DNA of 64,000 nucleotides, taken from positions 64,001-128,000 of IMG/VR virus record IMGVR_UViG_3300045412_000261. One strand, given 5' to 3'. Both the position numbers and the translations under genes were made by a program. Below are positions 59,772 through 64,000 of this stretch, piece after piece (within the stretch, counting starts at the first letter, position 1; each line of letters begins with the position of its first letter). Source of the stretch: a virus. The notes under the pieces were generated by a model. That model was given only the letters and a program-made list of their open reading frames with translations. It ran no database searches and was not told the DNA's origin.

Positions 59772-60137
59772 ATGATAAACGAATATATTGGATTTTTACT
59801 ACATTCTAGTACCCAAACAAGAATTTATCATTTACAAACATCATCTTACGCAAAACATAAAGCCTTAAATAAATATTATGATACTATTTTAGACCTCGTA
59901 GATTCTTTGGCAGAAGCATATCAAGGTAAATATGGTATTATAAAAGATATTAAAGTGCCTGGAAGTATCAAAAATATAGAAACAGATGATGATATTGTAA
60001 AATATTTTGGAACTCTATCCAATTATGTAGATAATAAAGTTAAAGACTTACCCGAAGACACATATCTTAGAAATATCTGTGACGAAATAGCAAGTTTAAT
60101 ATACCAAACGACTTACTTACTTAAGAATCTTGATTAA
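59772..60137 (+). CDS. Ferritin/Dps-like four-helix protein (DUF5856-like)
   Basis: LLHS.TQ..IYHLQT.SYAKHKAL..YY...DLVD.LAEAYQGKYG...NI.DEI...IY.T.Y.L. Confidence 0.75.
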   Translation: MINEYIGFLLHSSTQTRIYHLQTSSYAKHKALNKYYDTILDLVDSLAEAYQGKYGIIKDIKVPGSIKNIETDDDIVKYFGTLSNYVDNKVKDLPEDTYLRNICDEIASLIYQTTYLLKNLD

Positions 60138-60372
60138 ATAGGGATTCATAGTAGTGGCTACCTCTACCATCCCCTGTTTTACCATTTTCATAAGCATTTT
60201 CAATCATTTCTTTTTCTTCTGGTAGTTTTTTATAAATCAAAGCTATTAACTCTAATAGTACATCTAATCTACCTAAATAAAAAGAAGGATTATTAGACAC
60301 TTCCGATAATGTATTATATTGGTCTTTCTTTTTTTCCGCCCAATATAAAATATGTTCTAAAGGTGTTTCCAT
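60121..60372 (-). CDS. Hypothetical protein
   Basis: 83 aa; EKEMIENAYE.G...YY motif, common in small Bacteroidota phage proteins. Confidence 0.6.
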   Translation of the reverse strand: METPLEHILYWAEKKKDQYNTLSEVSNNPSFYLGRLDVLLELIALIYKKLPEEKEMIENAYENGKTGDGRGSHYYESLFNQDS

Positions 60373-60386
60373 AAAAAAATAAATGT

Positions 60387-60415
60387 AAAAGGCCCGCTAA
60401 AAGCAGGCCTTTTTT
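60387..60415 (-). terminator. Intrinsic terminator (possibly bidirectional)
   Basis: On the minus strand, stem ggccugc/gcgggcc with one G-U pair and A/T tracts on both sides. Confidence 0.75.
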
Positions 60416-60416
60416 G

Positions 60417-60851
60417 TTATTTAAATTTAAATTTGCTAGCATAACCACCTTGTTCCAGGAAAAATGAGAACCCACTAATTTCTATTGGAGGAGATGTGAT
60501 AAAAGCATCACAGAAACCAACTCTCTTTAATTTTTCTAAATCGATAGCAGCTTTGCCATAAGAATTATACATACGAGCATAGTAGTAATAATTCTGAATC
60601 CCTAATTTTATTTTAATTATTTCTGGACCTGACTTTATGGATCTGTCATATAGTCCAACTCTAATCATGTAAATAGGAACTTCGTATGTGTCCATTTCTA
60701 TACTGCAAGGAGCTGGAGCTCTTTTTTTGTATTCTATGGTTATACAAATAATACTGTCAATTGATTTTCTAACAGGGTTGTTGAAATTGTAATACTGGGA
60801 AAAACCCTTTAAACTCAACAACAAAAACATAAAAACAAATACTTTTTTCAT
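60417..60851 (-). CDS. Secreted protein with a SPOR-like domain
   Basis: Signal peptide MKKVFVFMFLLLSLKGFSQ; YMIRVGLY...Y.SY..A...L..L...GF.DAFI. Confidence 0.6.
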   Translation of the reverse strand: MKKVFVFMFLLLSLKGFSQYYNFNNPVRKSIDSIICITIEYKKRAPAPCSIEMDTYEVPIYMIRVGLYDRSIKSGPEIIKIKLGIQNYYYYARMYNSYGKAAIDLEKLKRVGFCDAFITSPPIEISGFSFFLEQGGYASKFKFK

Positions 60852-60852
60852 T

Positions 60853-61146
60853 TTAGTTATTTTTTAACATATATAAATAAGCGTCATAAAAATTCGGCAC
60901 TTTTTTTTCTATACAAACGTAAGAACCAGACGAATAAGAATTAATAACATCTTCTTTTGATTCCCAATTTTTATCTCCCCATCTTTTTGCTAATCCGGTT
61001 AATTCTTCAATCCCTCCCCATCTTGTTGTTTTAGGATGGCCTTTTGCGTTCTCTGCTTCAAATATAAATGTTTCTTCTGCTAAATAAGACGTAGAGACAA
61101 TGATAAATTTAGGTAAATCCCTTTTTAAATTTGGTGATTGTAACAT
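60853..61146 (-). CDS. Hypothetical protein
   Basis: 97-aa ORF in the operon. Confidence 0.55.
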   Translation of the reverse strand: MLQSPNLKRDLPKFIIVSTSYLAEETFIFEAENAKGHPKTTRWGGIEELTGLAKRWGDKNWESKEDVINSYSSGSYVCIEKKVPNFYDAYLYMLKNN

Positions 61147-61628
61147 AATAAATTTAAGTTTGTGAATTTATAACGGTCTTTTACTTTTAGAGAACTGTCT
61201 ATAAATAGACGAAGATACTTTGAATCAAAGAATAGTAAATCGTCTATATCGTTTGGATTCTCTGAATCTAAATACTTGAAATCAAAAATGACTTGTTCAA
61301 CTTCTCCATGCTCATCTAAATGTATTTCGCTATCATACCAGCCTGTAGGAGGATATAGAAAATATACATTCTCTATTTTATCCGAAACAAGTCCAATTTT
61401 TTTAATTCCTTTCTTGTCAAACTCATTTTGCTGAATTATCTTAGCATCTTTTCCCGGGTAAACTAAAGATTCTATTCTTATTTCTCCATCTATTTTATGC
61501 ATGATTTCATCAAAAATTATAGTCTTATCATAATTTTCCTTACCATACAGATTTTTTCTGAATACAGAAGCATACTCTTTGCTTCCTATAACTCCTTCAA
61601 TGTAAAAAATACCTTTAGATCTTTTCAT
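61125..61628 (-). CDS. Hypothetical protein
   Basis: 167-aa ORF in the operon. Confidence 0.65.
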   Translation of the reverse strand: MKRSKGIFYIEGVIGSKEYASVFRKNLYGKENYDKTIIFDEIMHKIDGEIRIESLVYPGKDAKIIQQNEFDKKGIKKIGLVSDKIENVYFLYPPTGWYDSEIHLDEHGEVEQVIFDFKYLDSENPNDIDDLLFFDSKYLRLFIDSSLKVKDRYKFTNLNLLCYNHQI

Positions 61629-62478
61629 AACTTCCGTCTAATCCTATTTTTGTGATAAATAATGTTTTAAAATTGTTCTGCAAAGATAAAGAAGTTTTAT
61701 CAAAAATCCAACCTTTATTCGAGAAATGTTTTTTTAATTTTCGTAGACTAGTAAATACAGATATAATATCTCCGTTATTATTTGTCACAATAAACGCTTC
61801 TTCTTTTCTTTCCAAGAGTTCTAAAGATTTCTTAAAAGGATTACCTGGCATGTTTTTTACTTGTTCCAACATATCTGCAACTAAATCTCTAGTTTCTTTT
61901 TGAACATCTTTCTTAATTCTCAATTTAACTAAGTGTATAAAAGCTAAAAAACTCATAGTCCAAATAAAGGTGGTCTCCAAAGATAGAGGAAGTATCGACC
62001 TAGCCTGTTCTTTACTTACTCCTAATTCAATTAACTCTTGATAAGCTGTTTTAGCATTATCTATTATATCATCTTGAATAATATTAGCTATTGTGTTACT
62101 TGTTTCATCTAAATCTTCACCACTACCTTGCTTTGAATCTTTTGACTGTAATCTAAATGTTTGAATAGCATAATAAAAATCAGAGAAATCTACATATCTT
62201 CCTGATATAGAATTTACAGACATATTCTCTATTGGTAAATTAACTTCAACGCCAATTTCATGCTTTCTTAGCTGCCTTTCTACATATAGTGGACACGATA
62301 TCCTAAATTGCAATTGCGCATGTCTAAAGGGAGATACATGCCCTTCTTCCCATAAAAACTCTAATAAATTTTCATTTTGGCTATCTAGATAATTTGAAGC
62401 ATCTTTGTCATAAGAAACTCTAGCAACATTAGCAATCTTAAGATCACTTCCCATAAAATCAATTAATTCTGCTTTCAT
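61615..62478 (-). CDS. thyX: Flavin-dependent thymidylate synthase
   Basis: MGSDL.IANVARVSY, GH.SPFRH, RQL.KH...S.N.ISGRY, GVSKEQARSILP, LR...Q.E.R. Confidence 0.92.
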   Translation of the reverse strand: MKAELIDFMGSDLKIANVARVSYDKDASNYLDSQNENLLEFLWEEGHVSPFRHAQLQFRISCPLYVERQLRKHEIGVEVNLPIENMSVNSISGRYVDFSDFYYAIQTFRLQSKDSKQGSGEDLDETSNTIANIIQDDIIDNAKTAYQELIELGVSKEQARSILPLSLETTFIWTMSFLAFIHLVKLRIKKDVQKETRDLVADMLEQVKNMPGNPFKKSLELLERKEEAFIVTNNNGDIISVFTSLRKLKKHFSNKGWIFDKTSLSLQNNFKTLFITKIGLDGSYEKI

Positions 62479-62536
62479 TGGTTGAAACTTTTTAGTAAAC
62501 TAAATTTTGTGTAATAAACCAATTAAGTTTATTGTG

Positions 62537-62566
62537 CAAATATAACTATATTATTTTGTATTTCAA
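62537..62566 (-). promoter_or_regulatory. Bacteroidota-type sigma70 promoter (TTG-N19-TATATTTG) for thyX
   Basis: -7 element at 62537-62544 and -33 TTG at 62564-62566. Confidence 0.7.
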
Positions 62567-63271
62567 CATTAATTTGAACAATTCTTCACTTCCATCTCCA
62601 TCCGACGGATAATGAACTCCTGATAACTCTCTAACATCTTTTATTTTATTGTAGAGATTTACAAAATATTTTCTAGATGATGGTTTCAATTTCATTAATT
62701 GGTAAATCATAACTAGGAAATCCATGGTATGCCCTGAAGGATAGGCAGCTGAATTTGCATCTGTTCTAGTTATAGGATGCAGCTTAATACCATACTCTCC
62801 GGCTAATTCGTTTGGCCTAGGTCTATTGAAGTAATCTTTAAGGTAGTACACTATAGGAAAAGCCTCATCAGACCAAGAGTTAACTTTTTTCCGGTCTACA
62901 CCTTTAATACCCAATTTTTCCGCCGTTTTCACGAAGAAATCTAAATGATGATGCTCCATATAAAAACACATACTTCTTTCTTTATCCGTAACATTATCAG
63001 AAATTTTTTTAAGATGTTCAAGTTCATTCCTTGTGGTATCGGAAGAATTCTTTGGAGGATGGAACTTTTTTATAAATTCGTCTATCATACCAGAATCTTT
63101 TGCTTTTTCAAGAGTTCCGTATTCATCTTTCTCAATCTTTCTTACATACTCTTCTGGTTGATTTCCAAATTTAACCGAGTCTATTTTCTTAGAATCCATA
63201 ATATCTTTTAAATAAATATGATTTTTTTGTAAAAAGGACTCATACTTGATTATTTTATTTGTCCTTTTCAA
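62546..63271 (-). CDS. Soluble PAP2-superfamily phosphatase/haloperoxidase-like protein
   Basis: All three motifs present: K...NRPRP, YPSGH, R...GVHYPSD. Confidence 0.85.
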   Translation of the reverse strand: MKRTNKIIKYESFLQKNHIYLKDIMDSKKIDSVKFGNQPEEYVRKIEKDEYGTLEKAKDSGMIDEFIKKFHPPKNSSDTTRNELEHLKKISDNVTDKERSMCFYMEHHHLDFFVKTAEKLGIKGVDRKKVNSWSDEAFPIVYYLKDYFNRPRPNELAGEYGIKLHPITRTDANSAAYPSGHTMDFLVMIYQLMKLKPSSRKYFVNLYNKIKDVRELSGVHYPSDGDGSEELFKLMLKYKII

Positions 63272-63479
63272 ACTGATTTGTCACCTCTATATTTATAGGA
63301 TTGTCTAGGATAATTCTTAACATGACATAGAATCCAAAAGATTGAAGGAAAGATAAATCTTTTAATTCAAAATAATCAGCAATTGAAAAATTCCAACATA
63401 CCATAACCATTAAAGACCCAATACAATTTGTTATTAAGAAAAACAATAAAACTAATAAATTAACATAAACTTTTCTCAT
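63255..63479 (-). CDS. Small membrane protein
   Basis: Two hydrophobic segments; WN...F.L..LSF.Q.FG pattern. Confidence 0.6.
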   Translation of the reverse strand: MRKVYVNLLVLLFFLITNCIGSLMVMVCWNFSIADYFELKDLSFLQSFGFYVMLRIILDNPINIEVTNQFEKDK

Positions 63480-63503
63480 ATTTTGTGATATAATTGTGAT
63501 TGA

Positions 63504-64000
63504 TTAGTGTGAATCCCCGACATTATTTTTTTCACTGTATATTAAATAATCTGGGTTTATTACTTTAGCTACTTTCGATCTATTTCCATCAACAGCTTTT
63601 ATAACAATACCTTCGTGAGGAACTTTAGTATTGTTTATAAAATTATTGAATACAAATGAATTTTTTATTTCTTCTGAGTAAAGTCCTTTATATAGGACTT
63701 CAACATAAGGTAATTTTAAATATTTTTCAGTTACATGTTTAGTAGCAGATAAATTTAAATATTTTTTATCTAATTCGATATCAAAAATACAAAGTTGTAT
63801 GTCATCTAATCCGTACTCATAATTTTTTTGGATTCCTTTTCCGTATATTTCACCATATATTATAAAACCGGTCCCTATGCTCATTTCACCTATTCTAGAA
63901 TTTTTATTAACAAGGTTCCATAGTTTACTTTTGATATCGTATTTTGTTTCAATATCATACCAAATATTAGTATCATAAAAACCTTGGCTATCAGATCCTT
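63504..64000 (-). CDS. RNA ligase (Rnl2/DRB0094-like), C-terminal part; starts beyond the window
   Basis: The frame is open to the window end (GSDSQGFYDTNIWY...), then IIYGEIYGKGIQKNY, IFDI, HEGIVIK, KVINPDYL. Confidence 0.85.
   Translation of the reverse strand, partial: GSDSQGFYDTNIWYDIETKYDIKSKLWNLVNKNSRIGEMSIGTGFIIYGEIYGKGIQKNYEYGLDDIQLCIFDIELDKKYLNLSATKHVTEKYLKLPYVEVLYKGLYSEEIKNSFVFNNFINNTKVPHEGIVIKAVDGNRSKVAKVINPDYLIYSEKNNVGDSH

Noticed and set aside
55897-63271. Functional link between the PAP2 enzyme and the sulfotransferase through PAP/PAPS
   Set aside because: A naming coincidence: PAP2 means phosphatidic acid phosphatase type 2. Nothing in the sequence supports a link.
1-64000. 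Eukaryotic giant virus origin (collagens, Mre11-Rad50 fusion, WSP propeller repeats)
   Set aside because: The T4-like portal, terminase, gp6/gp25 baseplate, amidase endolysin and Bacteroidota-type promoters identify a tailed bacteriophage.

Overview
This window is 64 kb of a large, very AT-rich T4-like (myovirus-type) phage genome. The host is most likely Bacteroidota: there are three TTG-N19/20-TAnnTTTG promoters and the gene leaders are A-rich with no Shine-Dalgarno. Positions 1-34952 are entirely minus strand and carry the portal, large terminase, a 1536-aa collagen fibre with an internal Hint domain and a C-terminal S74 chaperone, a fused SbcD-SbcC (Mre11-Rad50), primase, an endonuclease I-like resolvase, a baseplate/virion block (gp6-, gp25-, gp5-like), a gp55-like sigma factor, a catalytically dead HD protein and an AT-hook membrane protein. 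A 430-bp non-coding switch region packed with ACATG motifs (candidate origin) follows. A plus-strand block of about 17 kb then encodes modular fibre/adhesin genes (collagen, small beta-domain repeats, Gly-rich domains, a beta-propeller), followed by an amidase endolysin, a sulfotransferase, and a TerS-like/ParB/ParB cassette ending in an unannotated pseudogene that fuses ParB, amino-acid:DNA-transferase-like and kinase-like fragments. The right end is minus strand: a SPOR-like protein, ThyX, a PAP2-family enzyme and an RNA ligase. The best candidates for new biology are (i) a self-processing, ECM-like virion fibre system (Hint domain inside collagen, [ST]GS-rich, mucin/extensin-like and Cys-paired modules, phage sulfotransferase), (ii) the CATG-rich switch region next to an AT-hook membrane protein, and (iii) the decayed DNA-hypermodification cassette. 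All family assignments come from motif recognition by eye; no searches were run.
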